64,000 nucleotides of DNA from Geobacteraceae bacterium (GCA_031412995.1 JANOEC010000028.1:15458-79457); one strand, 5' to 3'; shown: positions 35,011 to 45,291, counted from the first letter of the stretch. Numbers and translations are program-made. The notes: generated by a model not told the origin, from the letters alone.

Positions 35011-35052
35011 AACGCCCCGTTTCCCTGGTTCAGGAAGCGGGGCGTTTGCGTT
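35011..35052 (+). terminator. probable terminator after pyc
   Basis: 14-bp stem AACGCCCCGTTTCC/GGAAGCGGGGCGTT with one mismatch, followed by a weak T-tract (TGCGTT). Confidence 0.55.
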
Positions 35053-35198
35053 GGGGCAGAGCCAGAGGCTGGTCGGGTACAGATATCGAGTAGGTAGCAG
35101 AGGTGTTGATTTGTTGCTGATCTCACGTACAGTGTGTGCACAGGCCAGGGCACGATTGAACGTTAATGGATAGCGAATGACGGTGTAAGGATGTTCAG

Positions 35199-36920
35199 GT
35201 GATGCAACCGCAGGAAACGACCCCGGAAAAGTGGTTGATAACCACCACCCGCGAGCAGCGAGGCAGGCTGACCTGGTCTATAGTCTGGGCCTTTAGCGGC
35301 GGGTTGCTGATTATTCTGCAGGCCCGCCTGCTGGCCCTGGCCTGTCAGCGGCTGATTATTGATCATGCACCATTCAGTACCATTCAGCCACTGGTGGGCT
35401 GGGTAGCCGGGCTAGCGTTGCTGCGCGGGGTCTGTACGCTCCTGGCGGAACGCAGCTTGGTTACGGTCGTGGCCAGGGTCAAGAATGCGGTGCGCTCTCA
35501 GCTCTATCGCCGGCTACAGTTGGCAGGGCCGGCTGGACGGTCAGGGGAAGAGACCGGCCCGTTGGTGGAAGCAGTCACCGCCGGGATAGAAGGATTGGAG
35601 CCGTATCTGGCCCGTTTTCTGCCCCATGCGGCCCTGGCGGCCCTGTTGCCACCGGCGGTGTTGCTGGTCGTCGGGCCAGTATCCTGGCGTCCGGCCCTGG
35701 TGCTGCTCTTTTCGGCTCCATTCATCCCGTTGTTCATGGTTCTGATTGGCCGTGGCGCGGAAAGCCTCAATCGGCGGCAGTGGCAAAAGCTCGGCTGGAT
35801 GGCTGGTCACCTGCTGGATCTGGTGCAGGGGTTGCCTGATCTCCGCATCTGCAGTGCGGTCAAGCGGGAAGCCGCAGCCGTGGCCCGGGTTTCGGAGGAG
35901 TACCGTCAGTCAACCATGGTGGTGCTCAGGGTGGCGTTTCTTTCTGCCTTTACCCTTGAATTCTTTGCTACGGTCGGTACCGCAGTGGTGGCGGTGATTG
36001 TTGGCTTTCAGCTGCTGCACGGCAGCCTCAGCCTGTTGGATGGTCTGTTTGTCCTGTTGTTGACGCCGGAGTTTTATTTGCCGTTACGGACGCTTGGATT
36101 GTCCTACCACGCCCGAATGCAGGGGTTGGCGGCTGCGGCAACTATTGCGCCGCTGCTGGATTTGCCCCTGCCTTCGGCCGGACAGCCTGATGTAAATATG
36201 CCCTCATCGACCGGAGCGCCGACGATCCTTTTTGAGCAGGTATGTTACCGTTATGGCGGCGATCGGGGCGGTGTCAGTGCCAGTGATCTGGACCTGCCGG
36301 GCGGGAGTATCACTGCACTGGTGGGGGAGAGCGGTTCAGGCAAAACCACATTGGCCAGGTTGCTGGTAGGTCTGGCCCAGCCGGATACGGGAAGGGTGCT
36401 TGTTAATGGCGTAGACCTGGCAACGATTAATGGCGATGACTGGCGCTCCCGCATCGCCTGGGTGCCGCAGCGGCCATTTTTCTTCAAGGCGTCAGTGCGG
36501 GATAATCTGTTGCTCGGCTGCCCAACTGCAACCGATACGGAGATCCATGCCGCCCTCGAAGCAGCAGTGGCAGCATCATTTGTGGCTGGTATGGCAGCCG
36601 GACTGGACACGATGCTGGGGGATCGTGGGGCCGGGCTTTCCGGTGGCGAATTGCGGCGTCTGGCTCTGGCTCGGGCATTGCTGCGTCGCTCGACGTTGGT
36701 AGTGCTGGATGAACCGACCGCCGGACTTGACGCGGCCACCGAACAACTGGTAACGGTTGCCCTGCAGCGTTTGGCTGTCAACCGGACGATCCTGGTGATC
36801 AGCCATCGTGAGACCACGATCCGGTCTGCCGATCGGGTCGTCGTTATGGCCGCCGGCCAGATCGTGCAGCAACTGACCCCGGAACAGTTTCTGGCGGCGG
36901 AGGCAGCATGGGCGCATTGA
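35199..36920 (+). CDS. cydD: thiol-reductant (cysteine/glutathione) ABC exporter subunit CydD
   Basis: 573 aa, a fused TMD-NBD protein. Contains Walker A GESGSGKTT, LSGGELRR and VLDEPT, and pairs with the following paralogue. Confidence 0.8.
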   Translation: MMQPQETTPEKWLITTTREQRGRLTWSIVWAFSGGLLIILQARLLALACQRLIIDHAPFSTIQPLVGWVAGLALLRGVCTLLAERSLVTVVARVKNAVRSQLYRRLQLAGPAGRSGEETGPLVEAVTAGIEGLEPYLARFLPHAALAALLPPAVLLVVGPVSWRPALVLLFSAPFIPLFMVLIGRGAESLNRRQWQKLGWMAGHLLDLVQGLPDLRICSAVKREAAAVARVSEEYRQSTMVVLRVAFLSAFTLEFFATVGTAVVAVIVGFQLLHGSLSLLDGLFVLLLTPEFYLPLRTLGLSYHARMQGLAAAATIAPLLDLPLPSAGQPDVNMPSSTGAPTILFEQVCYRYGGDRGGVSASDLDLPGGSITALVGESGSGKTTLARLLVGLAQPDTGRVLVNGVDLATINGDDWRSRIAWVPQRPFFFKASVRDNLLLGCPTATDTEIHAALEAAVAASFVAGMAAGLDTMLGDRGAGLSGGELRRLALARALLRRSTLVVLDEPTAGLDAATEQLVTVALQRLAVNRTILVISHRETTIRSADRVVVMAAGQIVQQLTPEQFLAAEAAWAH

Positions 36921-38566
36921 TCCGGATACTGGCTGTGGCCAGACACCAGTGGGGCTGGATGCTGATCGGCATTGTTCTCGGCATCGGAGTCATGATCGCC
37001 AATATGCTGCTGATGGCGGTTTCTGGCTGGTTCATCGCTTCCATGGCCGTGGCGGGGGCAACCGGAGTAGCATTTAATTATTTTGCCCCGGCAGCAGCCA
37101 TTCGGATGTTTGCTCTGGTGCGGACAGTTGGCCGCTACCTGGAACGGCTGGCGACCCATGAGGCTGGCTTTCGCTTGCTGGCGCAATTGCGGGTCTGGTT
37201 TTTCCGTCAGGTGGCGCCCCTGGCCCCGGCCGGTCTTGAACGCTACACGACAGGTGACGTGGCAGGTCGTCTGCGCAATGATATTGATGCCCTGGAAAGC
37301 CTCTACCTGCGGATCATCCTGCCACTGGCCACCGGTGGGGTCGGCATGATACTGGCTGCCGTCTATGTGGCGTGGTGGAGTCGGCCGGCTGCAGCGACAT
37401 TGCTGATTGCTCTGACTGGTGCCGGTCTGCTGCTGCCACTCGTGGCCAGGTCACTGGCAAAGCATCCGGGGCGCAGAGCCGCTGCGTTGGCCGGAGAGCT
37501 GCGCGCGATCGTGACTGAGGGTTTGCAGGGGAGTGAGGAGTTGATCCTGCTCGGGGCGGTGGACCTGCAGGCTGCCCAGGTTGACGCTGTTGCCGCGCAA
37601 CTGGTGGTGGAGCAGGAACGGCTGGCCCGCATCAACGCATTGACCATGGCGGGTAGCATTGCCTGCAGTGGCATTGGTGTTGCCGCAGTCCTGTTCTGGG
37701 CTGGCCGGTCGGTTGCTAGTGGCGAGCTTGCCGGTCCGCTGCTGGTCATGTTGATCCTGTTTGCCGCGGCTTCCTTTGAGGCAATAGCCGGCATTCCCGT
37801 GGCGCTGCAATTAATGCCGTCAGCCCAAGAATCGGTGCGGCGCATCAGGGAGCTGACCGATGCGCCGTTGCCGGTGGCGGAACCGGCACAACCGGCGCCG
37901 CTGCCGACCGAACAGACCATCGTGTTCCATGACGTCACGGTTGCCTATGACCCGGCAACGCCAGTACTGACCGGGTTTTCACTGCTTATCCCTGCCGGAC
38001 AGCGGGTGGCCCTGACTGGTCCGAGCGGTTGCGGCAAGAGTTCGCTGGTGGCGCTCCTGCTCCGCTTTCGCCCGTATCAGGGGAGTATCACCATTGGCGG
38101 GGTTAATCTGAGCGACTTGGCTGCCGACGCGCTCCAGAGCATGATCGCTGCGGTGCCGCAACAACCACACCTGTTTAATACCACAATTCGCGAGAATCTG
38201 CTGATTGCCAATCCCCATGCCACGGACCATGAATTGCAACAAGCATTGGCCGATGCAATGCTGACCGACTGGGTGGCTGGTCTGCCCTTGGGGCTGGATA
38301 CCCGGGTTGGTGAATCAGGCAGTGCGGTTTCCGGTGGCGAAGCCCGGCGTATCGCCCTAGCCCGGGCGTTACTGAAAGATGCACCGATCATGATCCTCGA
38401 TGAGCCGACTGAAGGGCTTGATCTGGTAACTGAGCGGGCAGTGGTGACGAGGCTGGTCGAACGTCTGGCGGGCAAGACAGTGCTGATTGTGTCACATCGG
38501 CCGGCCTGTCTCGAGTTGGGTGATACCATTTACAGGATTGCGACCATGCCGGGTGGAAGCTGCTAA
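36908..38566 (+). CDS. cydC: thiol-reductant ABC exporter subunit CydC
   Basis: 552 aa. Contains GPSGCGKSS, VSGGEARR and ILDEPT. It overlaps cydD by 13 nt. Confidence 0.8.
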   Translation: MGALIRILAVARHQWGWMLIGIVLGIGVMIANMLLMAVSGWFIASMAVAGATGVAFNYFAPAAAIRMFALVRTVGRYLERLATHEAGFRLLAQLRVWFFRQVAPLAPAGLERYTTGDVAGRLRNDIDALESLYLRIILPLATGGVGMILAAVYVAWWSRPAAATLLIALTGAGLLLPLVARSLAKHPGRRAAALAGELRAIVTEGLQGSEELILLGAVDLQAAQVDAVAAQLVVEQERLARINALTMAGSIACSGIGVAAVLFWAGRSVASGELAGPLLVMLILFAAASFEAIAGIPVALQLMPSAQESVRRIRELTDAPLPVAEPAQPAPLPTEQTIVFHDVTVAYDPATPVLTGFSLLIPAGQRVALTGPSGCGKSSLVALLLRFRPYQGSITIGGVNLSDLAADALQSMIAAVPQQPHLFNTTIRENLLIANPHATDHELQQALADAMLTDWVAGLPLGLDTRVGESGSAVSGGEARRIALARALLKDAPIMILDEPTEGLDLVTERAVVTRLVERLAGKTVLIVSHRPACLELGDTIYRIATMPGGSC

Positions 38567-38571
38567 CGCAC

Positions 38572-39382
38572 TTATTCATACACAAACAGCACAATTTCGA
38601 TGGCAATGAGCACGATGATGATCCATTCCAGGCGGGCCGAGCGTTTGGCATGGGAAAGTCCGGTAAAAACCTCGGTGATGTCGAGCAATGTATCTGATTT
38701 TTGTTTGATCTGACTGTATCGTTGCTGTAATTCAAACTGATTGGCCAGGGTTGAATAAAGCTTGTCCGCTTCTTCAATGTGCCAAGGACGTCTGGCTTAT
38801 CGAGAATCATGATGTGTGATATGGAACGGTACTTAAAATTGAGAATCGCCGCAGCGGTTTTGGCCATCTCTGCATCGGGCACAGCAAGTTTTCCCTGATC
38901 GAGCCGGGAGATGATTTCCTCCATCTTGTCGAAAACGACTTCGACCCGCGATTCAATCTGCTCGAGGGCGACAGATTTAGCGATGGTATAGGCGATGATG
39001 TCGACGAAGACGGTTTCATGTTTCTGGACAATGGCGCAGTCGTTGGTGACGGCCATCTGCTCACTTTCGGCAATCTGCAGCGAGTATTGCTCCCGAAAGA
39101 TCGTACTGTTTGGACTGCGGAACACTGCGGCAATTTTGGTAGTCGCCCGATAGAAATGAGTGATTTCCGCTTCGCTACAATTATAGAAAACAGCGGCCCC
39201 AAAATAATAGAGATAGACTCGCGCATCAGAAAATTCTCTGCCTTCATAAAGCGTTACGGTTGCAGGGGTAAGAACCAGCGGCTCTTCCCATTTGAATTTT
39301 TGTCGACACTGAGTAATGCCGCGATCTTGTTCAGATCATTTTCGCCATCAAGGGCATAGGCAGTAAATTCATAGCTACTCAT
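38572..39382 (-). pseudogene. RMND1/Sif2 (DUF155) family protein with two frameshifts
   Basis: Three in-frame pieces are MSSYEFTAYALDGENDLNKIAALLSVDK, then FKWEEPLVL...ILDKPDV, then PWHIEEADKLYSTLANQFELQQRYSQIKQKSDTLLDITEVF...IVLFVYE*. The shifts are at the T5 run 39297-39301 and at about 38782-38787. GGGAGGA RBS. Confidence 0.6.
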
Positions 39383-39628
39383 GGCTATCCTCCCTGTGGT
39401 GGTGATGTCGGCCTACATAAATGTATCACGCTCTCGTGCAGTTGCGATCAATTTCAGCCATCAGTAAACCATGCGGGCCGCTCCTATTCTGGCAATTTCC
39501 AATAAATATTTGAATTCAATAGTTAAAGTAGCCACGAGAAGATTTATTTGTTCTGGAAATTGATCGTTAAACCCTCTATACAAAACTAGAACGTTATTGA
39601 CTCGATGTAAGTGATCCCGAGGTCTATT

Positions 39629-40606
39629 ATGGATTTGACCGATTCATACGGTAGGAAAATAAACTATTTACGCTTGTCAGTCACAGACCGATGCAATATG
39701 CGTTGTGTCTACTGTATGCCGGCAGAAGGTATCCGCCTGGTGGATCATGGCGACGTCCTGACCTATGAGCAACTGCTGGTGATTGCCGGGATCGCGGTTC
39801 GGAACGGGATTGAAAAAATTCGCGTTACCGGTGGCGAGCCGTTGGTACGCAAGGGTATTATTGGTTTCCTCGAGCAATTGGCAGAAATCCCCGGTTTGCG
39901 TCAGTTGGTTTTGACTACCAATGGCCTGGCGTTGCAGGCTATGGCTGAGCCGCTCCGTCGTGCCGGGGTGCAGCGGCTCAATATCAGCCTTGATTCGCTG
40001 CAGCCTGAGACCTTTGCCACCATTACCCGTGGCGCTGATCTGCGCCAGGTGCTGGCGGGAATTGAAGCCGCCCGGCAGGCAGATTTTCCGATTAAAATCA
40101 ATATGGTCGCCATGCGCGGGATAAATGATGCAGAAATCCTTGATTTCGTTGCCCTTACCTTGGAGAAATCGTTGAACGTCCGTTTTATCGAATATATGCC
40201 TGCCATTCGCGTGGACCAATGGGAAGCGCGGGTAGTCTCCGGTGAATCAATATTAGAAAAGATCGCCAGTTGCTACTCGTTTGCTATCCAGGAGCGGGAT
40301 GGGTTGGCTGGTCCGGCCCAAATATTTCGCATCAACGGTGCTGCCGGCACCTTTGGTATTATCACCCCGATTACCGGGCATTTTTGTGAAGACTGCAACC
40401 GGATCAGGGTTACGGCAGCCGGCAAGGTGCGAGGTTGCCTCTTTGCCGATGATAGTCTTGATTTGAAGTCGTACTTGGTGCAAGGCGACCTGGATGGCCT
40501 TACCACGGCCCTGCGTACGGTTGTTACCTGTAAGCCGAAACAGCACGAGCTGACAGCAGGTGGTCAAAATTACACCTCATTTGCCATGGCGGCTGTTGGG
40601 GGTTAG
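39629..40606 (+). CDS. moaA: GTP 3',8-cyclase (radical SAM)
   Basis: Contains YLRLSVTDRCNMRCVYCMP (the CxxxCxxC motif) and a C-terminal CxxC..C cluster (FCEDCNRIRVTAAGKVRGC). An alternative GTG start is at 39611. Confidence 0.9.
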   Translation: MDLTDSYGRKINYLRLSVTDRCNMRCVYCMPAEGIRLVDHGDVLTYEQLLVIAGIAVRNGIEKIRVTGGEPLVRKGIIGFLEQLAEIPGLRQLVLTTNGLALQAMAEPLRRAGVQRLNISLDSLQPETFATITRGADLRQVLAGIEAARQADFPIKINMVAMRGINDAEILDFVALTLEKSLNVRFIEYMPAIRVDQWEARVVSGESILEKIASCYSFAIQERDGLAGPAQIFRINGAAGTFGIITPITGHFCEDCNRIRVTAAGKVRGCLFADDSLDLKSYLVQGDLDGLTTALRTVVTCKPKQHELTAGGQNYTSFAMAAVGG

Positions 40607-40755
40607 GAGTAATTATGGTTGGATCAGTCGTTGCGGATGACAATCTTGTTAGCTGAAGATCATTACTAATCAGGTCAGATGATGCCTTGGCAGCCTGCGC
40701 ATCCTTCGCTGCCAGCCTGGAAATGGCAACATTACTTGAATTCAACCGAATGAGG

Positions 40756-41622
40756 TCAGCAGCCCAGTCGTTCCCGCAAAAACGCCTCAAACTCCTTACT
40801 GAATTCATCCCGTTTCAGCGCCATGTCCACCGTCGCCTTGAGAAAGCCGAGCTTGTCGCCGCAGTCGTGGCGTAACCCACTAAAACGGCAGCCGTAAATC
40901 GCTTTTTCCTTGGACAGTTGCAGCAGGGCGTCGGTCAGCTGTATCTCGCCCCCTTTACCCGGGGTCTGTTTTTCCAGAATCGGAAAAATGTCCGGGGTCA
41001 GGACATAGCGACCGATAATCGCCAGATCAGACGGGGCATCCTCGCGCTTCGGCTTTTCCACCATATCCGTAACCTCATAGACCCGCTCGGAAATGCTGGT
41101 TGCTTTGACGCAGCCGTAGGACGAGATGTTTTCCATGGGGACTTGTTCCAGGGCTACAACCGGTCCCTGATACTTGCGGTAGACCTCAATGAGTTGGGCC
41201 AGGCAAGGGGTGGGGGCATCAATGATGTCATCACCAAGCAGGACGGCAAAGGGTTCATTGTTAATGAAGTCCTTGGCACAGAGAATGGCGTGGCCCAGTC
41301 CCAGGGCCTGCTTCTGACGCACGTAGAAAATGTCCACCATCTCGGAGATATCACGGACTTGGGACAGTTCTGCATCCTTCCCTTTGTCATACAAATGGGC
41401 TTCCAGTTCGATGGAGAGGTCAAAGTGGTCTTCCAGCGAGCGCTTGCCCCGGCCAGTTACGAAGAGGATCTGCTCAATGCCGGAAGCGACCGCTTCTTCA
41501 ACCACATACTGCACCAGCGGTTTGTCGATGAGTGGCAGCATCTCCTTGGGCGAGGCCTTGGTGGCGGGGAGAAAACGGGTACCGAGGCCGGCAACCGGGA
41601 AAACAGCTTTTTTTACCTGCAT
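40756..41622 (-). CDS. galU: UTP--glucose-1-phosphate uridylyltransferase
   Basis: 288 aa. Contains KAVFPVAGLGTRFLPATKASPKEMLP and VEKP. Confidence 0.9.
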   Translation of the reverse strand: MQVKKAVFPVAGLGTRFLPATKASPKEMLPLIDKPLVQYVVEEAVASGIEQILFVTGRGKRSLEDHFDLSIELEAHLYDKGKDAELSQVRDISEMVDIFYVRQKQALGLGHAILCAKDFINNEPFAVLLGDDIIDAPTPCLAQLIEVYRKYQGPVVALEQVPMENISSYGCVKATSISERVYEVTDMVEKPKREDAPSDLAIIGRYVLTPDIFPILEKQTPGKGGEIQLTDALLQLSKEKAIYGCRFSGLRHDCGDKLGFLKATVDMALKRDEFSKEFEAFLRERLGC

Positions 41623-42494
41623 GGATTAATCTCCTTTATCAGATCAGGAATCAGTTCTTCGCGTCCCATGACCATCAGGTGAAAACCGTCGCAGTGCTGT
41701 CGACTGGCTCGTGCCAGGCGCAGGGCAATGTCGATGCCGGTTTGCATCTGGTCAGCAGCAGCTGCCAGTTCATCGACAATCGCTGCGGGAATCGTCAGGC
41801 CGGGGATATGTTCGTTGATGTAACGGGCCATGGCCGCTGATTTGAGTACCAAGATGCCGGCAATGGTTTTGACCCCCAAGGGGCCGACCACGGCGCGGAA
41901 TTCTGCCAGTCGGTTCACGTTATAGACTGCCTGGGTCTGCATGAAACGGACGCCGGCTGCTGCTTTCTGGCGGAGCTTCGGCAGGGTGGCGGTAAACGGT
42001 TCAGCATCGGGTGCGGCGGCCGCGCCGACAAAAAACTCCGGGGCGCCGGTCAGCTTTTTGCCGGCCAGATCGGTGCCGCTGGCCAGGGTGCGGATGGTGC
42101 TGAGCAGTTGCACCGCATCCAGATCAAAGACCGGTTTGCCCTGGCGATGATCACCAATACTGATATGGTCACCAGTCAGGGCCAGCACGTTGCGGATACC
42201 CAGTGCGGCAGCACCCAGCAGGTCGCTTTGCAACGCCAGTCGGTTCCGGTCACGGCAGGTCAGCTGATAGATTGGCTCGATCCCTTCGCGGATCAGCAGC
42301 GTGGCGGCGGCCAGGGGGGCCAGCCGCATGTTGGCCCCCTGATTGTCGGTGACGTTGATGGCATCGACACAGGGTGCGACCAGGCGGGCCTTGGTCATAA
42401 AACCGCTGGCATCGCACCCCTTGGGCGGGCAGACCTCGGCGGTGATGACAAATACCCCCTGCTGCAGTTTCTGTTCGAGAGTTGAATGCATCAC
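41613..42494 (-). CDS. metF: methylenetetrahydrofolate reductase, short MetF type
   Basis: 293 aa. Contains INVTDNQGANMRL, YQLTCRDRN and ALTGD. Confidence 0.85.
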   Translation of the reverse strand: MMHSTLEQKLQQGVFVITAEVCPPKGCDASGFMTKARLVAPCVDAINVTDNQGANMRLAPLAAATLLIREGIEPIYQLTCRDRNRLALQSDLLGAAALGIRNVLALTGDHISIGDHRQGKPVFDLDAVQLLSTIRTLASGTDLAGKKLTGAPEFFVGAAAAPDAEPFTATLPKLRQKAAAGVRFMQTQAVYNVNRLAEFRAVVGPLGVKTIAGILVLKSAAMARYINEHIPGLTIPAAIVDELAAAADQMQTGIDIALRLARASRQHCDGFHLMVMGREELIPDLIKEINPCR

Positions 42495-43141
42495 TATTTA
42501 TCCAGCTTCAGACTGCCCGGCTTGAGCATGGTGGAATAATCCTTTGGTTCGGCCCCGGTGGCCAGGCGTGCCAGTTGATCCCGCTCTTCCAGTCGTTGAA
42601 TGATCTGCACCCAGGCACAGTCGCTGTTCTGGTCCAGTTCGCAGTGGCCGTTGTCCATACCGCCACAGGGGCCGTTCAGCAGTCCCTTGGCGCAGGCAGT
42701 GACCGGGCAGATACCGGAGGTTTCAGTGACAATACACTGACCGCAGAGCGAGCAGCGCTGTTCAAACTGGCCGAAACGACGGATATTGCCGAGGAAGAGG
42801 GTGTCGAGACCGGCAATGGCCGGTTTAGGCGTAGCGCTGGCCACCGACTGCACCCCGGCACCACAGGCGAGCACCAGCAGGGCATCGGCATCATCCACCA
42901 TCTCCTGCTTGGAGCGGAGATCGCGCTGCACCCGTAGCATGTGGCAGGCCTCGTCGATGACCATCGAGCCGGTCACTTCCCGGCCCGCGGCAATCAGCGC
43001 TTCCTGCATCTGCCAGACCTGCTCTTCACCGCCAGACTTGCAGACCGTGGCGCACTTGGCACAGCCGATCAGGAAGACCTTTTTTAGATCACCGAGGGCA
43101 TCAAGCAGCTGGTTGAATGGTTTTTGTTTGCTGACTATCAT
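42494..43141 (-). CDS. MTHFR C-terminal-domain protein (MetV-like, Cys-rich)
   Basis: The start is taken at internal ATG 43141 (MIVSKQKPF...). Cys-rich motifs are GCAKCATVC, CSLCGQC and GPCGG. The stop overlaps the metF start. Confidence 0.7.
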   Translation of the reverse strand: MIVSKQKPFNQLLDALGDLKKVFLIGCAKCATVCKSGGEEQVWQMQEALIAAGREVTGSMVIDEACHMLRVQRDLRSKQEMVDDADALLVLACGAGVQSVASATPKPAIAGLDTLFLGNIRRFGQFEQRCSLCGQCIVTETSGICPVTACAKGLLNGPCGGMDNGHCELDQNSDCAWVQIIQRLEERDQLARLATGAEPKDYSTMLKPGSLKLDK

Positions 43142-43214
43142 AAATAATCCGTTGTGAGTGACTGGTGACGAGTGACGAGTAAGGCCTGAGCAGTTGCCTG
43201 TCACCCGTTACGCG

Positions 43215-44057
43215 TTACTGCCTCTTCGCTGATTCAACCGTGTTGTAGAGCAGCATGGTGATGGTCATGGGGCCGACACCGCCCGGTACCGGGGTGATGG
43301 CGCTGGCCCGTTCAGCTGCGGCAGCGAATTCCACGTCGCCCACCAGTTTCTTCTCGCCGACCCGGTTGACCCCCACGTCGATGACTACGGCCCCTTCCTT
43401 GATCCAGCTCCCCTTGATCATTTCCGGCACGCCGACTGCGGCAATAACTACGTCGGCCGAACCGACCACGGCGGCCAGATCCTTGGTGCGGGAGTGGCAG
43501 ACAGTCACTGTGGCGTGCTGCTGCAGGCACATCATGGCCACTGGTTTACCAACGATATTGGAGCGACCGACCACCACCACATGCTTGCCGGTCAGGTCAA
43601 CGCCGGTTTCCTTCAGCATAACCATCACGCCATAGGGGGTGCAGGGCTGAAAGGTAGGTTTGCCAATGGAGAGCCGGCCGACGTTGTAGGGGTGGAACCC
43701 GTCGGCATCCTTGGCCGGCGAGATCGCTTCCAGGACCTTGTCCGAGTCAATATGCTTGGGGAGCGGCAGCTGCACCAGGATGCCATGGATGCGCGGATCA
43801 AGGTTCAACTTATCGATCAGGGCCAGCAGGTCAGCTTCGCTGGTCTCGGTCGGCAGTTTATATTCAGCGGAAAAGATCCCCACATCGGCGCAGGCCTTTT
43901 CCTTCATGCTGACATAGACCTTGCTGGCCGGGTCTTCACCCACCAGCACCACGGCGAGGCCAGGAGTGATCCCTTTGGCGGTGAGAACGGTAACGTCGGC
44001 AGCAATACGTGTACGAATAGTGGCAGCAATTGCCTTGCCGTCAATGATCTGGGCCAT
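43215..44057 (-). CDS. folD: bifunctional methylene-THF dehydrogenase / methenyl-THF cyclohydrolase
   Basis: 280 aa. Contains [27 protein letters not shown] and [11 protein letters not shown]. Confidence 0.95.
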   Translation of the reverse strand: MAQIIDGKAIAATIRTRIAADVTVLTAKGITPGLAVVLVGEDPASKVYVSMKEKACADVGIFSAEYKLPTETSEADLLALIDKLNLDPRIHGILVQLPLPKHIDSDKVLEAISPAKDADGFHPYNVGRLSIGKPTFQPCTPYGVMVMLKETGVDLTGKHVVVVGRSNIVGKPVAMMCLQQHATVTVCHSRTKDLAAVVGSADVVIAAVGVPEMIKGSWIKEGAVVIDVGVNRVGEKKLVGDVEFAAAAERASAITPVPGGVGPMTITMLLYNTVESAKRQ

Positions 44058-44140
44058 GTTGGTTCTCCTTAAGAAAGATGCTGGCGCCGATAGTACGCGA
44101 GCAGGGCTGCTCTTGTAAAGATGCTAGCGTTTGCGCAGGC

Positions 44141-44168
44141 AAAAAAAATCCCCCGCTGGGCGGAGGAT
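44141..44168 (-). terminator. rho-independent terminator (minus strand)
   Basis: The minus strand reads TCCTCCGC-CCA-GCGGGGGA followed by T8. It lies downstream of the yggT-to-zinc-ribbon gene string. Confidence 0.6.
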
Positions 44169-44196
44169 TTTCTGGTGACACTCTGGGTTTAGTGGA

Positions 44197-44466
44197 TCAG
44201 GCTGCCGCGGCTGAAGGACAGCCGGCACAGGAACCACCGGACGGACAGGCCGGAGCTGCTGCCGGAGCCGGGGCTTCGCCTTTCTTGCCGCCGCCATACC
44301 CTTCGTTATACCAACCGCCCCCTTTCAGGGTAAAGGCGGCGCTGGAGATCATTTTTTTGACCTCTCCCTGGCAGGACGGGCATTCACTGGCCGGCGCGTC
44401 GGAAAATTTCTGGCGGAGTTCGAATTGATTACCGCAGGTTTGGCACTGATATTCATAGACTGGCAT
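44197..44466 (-). CDS. FmdB-family zinc-ribbon protein
   Basis: The N-terminus MPVYEYQCQTCGNQFE...CPSCQG is the CxxC..CxxC regulatory zinc-ribbon signature. Confidence 0.8.
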   Translation of the reverse strand: MPVYEYQCQTCGNQFELRQKFSDAPASECPSCQGEVKKMISSAAFTLKGGGWYNEGYGGGKKGEAPAPAAAPACPSGGSCAGCPSAAAA

Positions 44467-44543
44467 TGGGGTACAACCTCCTCATGAGTTGCATGGTGCC
44501 TGGACACTATAATAATTCGGGTAGCCGATTGTCAATGGGGTAA

Positions 44544-44840
44544 CTACTGAATCAGTCGCAAGATGTCGTCGCTGGTCACCCCGGCGGCACGGAGGGTCTT
44601 GTGGCGGGATTTGTGGCCATGGAGCAGGGTGACGGCGGATTTGGCGATACCGAGCCGTTTGGCCAGCAGTTCGATGCATTGGGTGTTGGCGGCGTCATCC
44701 ACTGGCGGGGCGGTGAGGCGGACTTTCAGTTCGCAGTTCTGGATGCCGCAGATTTCGGCGCGGCTGGCCCGGGGTTGCACATGGACGGTGAAGGTTACGC
44801 CGTCCGCGTTCTCGGTGCAGCGCAGTTCCAGCTCACTCAT
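44544..44840 (-). CDS. DUF167 (YggU) family protein
   Basis: 98 aa. The pattern VHVQPRASRAEI...LKVRLTAPPVDDAAN is present. Confidence 0.8.
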   Translation of the reverse strand: MSELELRCTENADGVTFTVHVQPRASRAEICGIQNCELKVRLTAPPVDDAANTQCIELLAKRLGIAKSAVTLLHGHKSRHKTLRAAGVTSDDILRLIQ

Positions 44841-45291
44841 TCTTGGCGTCAGGCAGGGTCAGCAGTTTGTAATGGGTCTCTAAAATCGATTTCATGGCGG
44901 TTTCAAATTTCAGTTTATCCCGCCGCAGGTCCTGAATCTGACTGTTCAGGGTCATCAGTCGTTTTTCCGCTTCGGCAACAATCTGGTCCGCCTTCAGTTC
45001 CGCTTCGCCGATGATCAGGGTAGATTCCTTCTGGGTGTTGGCCTTCATCTCCTCGATGACCCGTTGCGCTGCCAGCATCGCTTCGCGCAGGCTCACTTCG
45101 CGCTGCCGGTGCTCGTCGATCTCGGTGTTGGCTTTCTTTAACTGATCCTTAAGGTCGGTGTTTTCCCGAATCAGGTCTTCCAGTTCACTGGCAACCAAGT
45201 GGAGAAAGGAGTCGACATCAGCGTCATCAAGACCGCCAAAGACCTTGGTCTTGAACTGCTGCTGCTGGATTTCAATGGGGGTGATTTTCAA
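44833..45291 (-). CDS. DivIVA domain protein
   Basis: Starts MKITPIEIQQQQFKTKVFGGLDDADVDSFL, followed by a coiled coil. Confidence 0.8.
   Translation of the reverse strand: MKITPIEIQQQQFKTKVFGGLDDADVDSFLHLVASELEDLIRENTDLKDQLKKANTEIDEHRQREVSLREAMLAAQRVIEEMKANTQKESTLIIGEAELKADQIVAEAEKRLMTLNSQIQDLRRDKLKFETAMKSILETHYKLLTLPDAKNE

Noticed and set aside
39383-39610. A Moco riboswitch might be expected upstream of moaA
   Set aside because: I could not find the conserved Moco-motif elements by eye. The region is AT-rich with no convincing multi-stem fold. It needs an Infernal scan before any claim.
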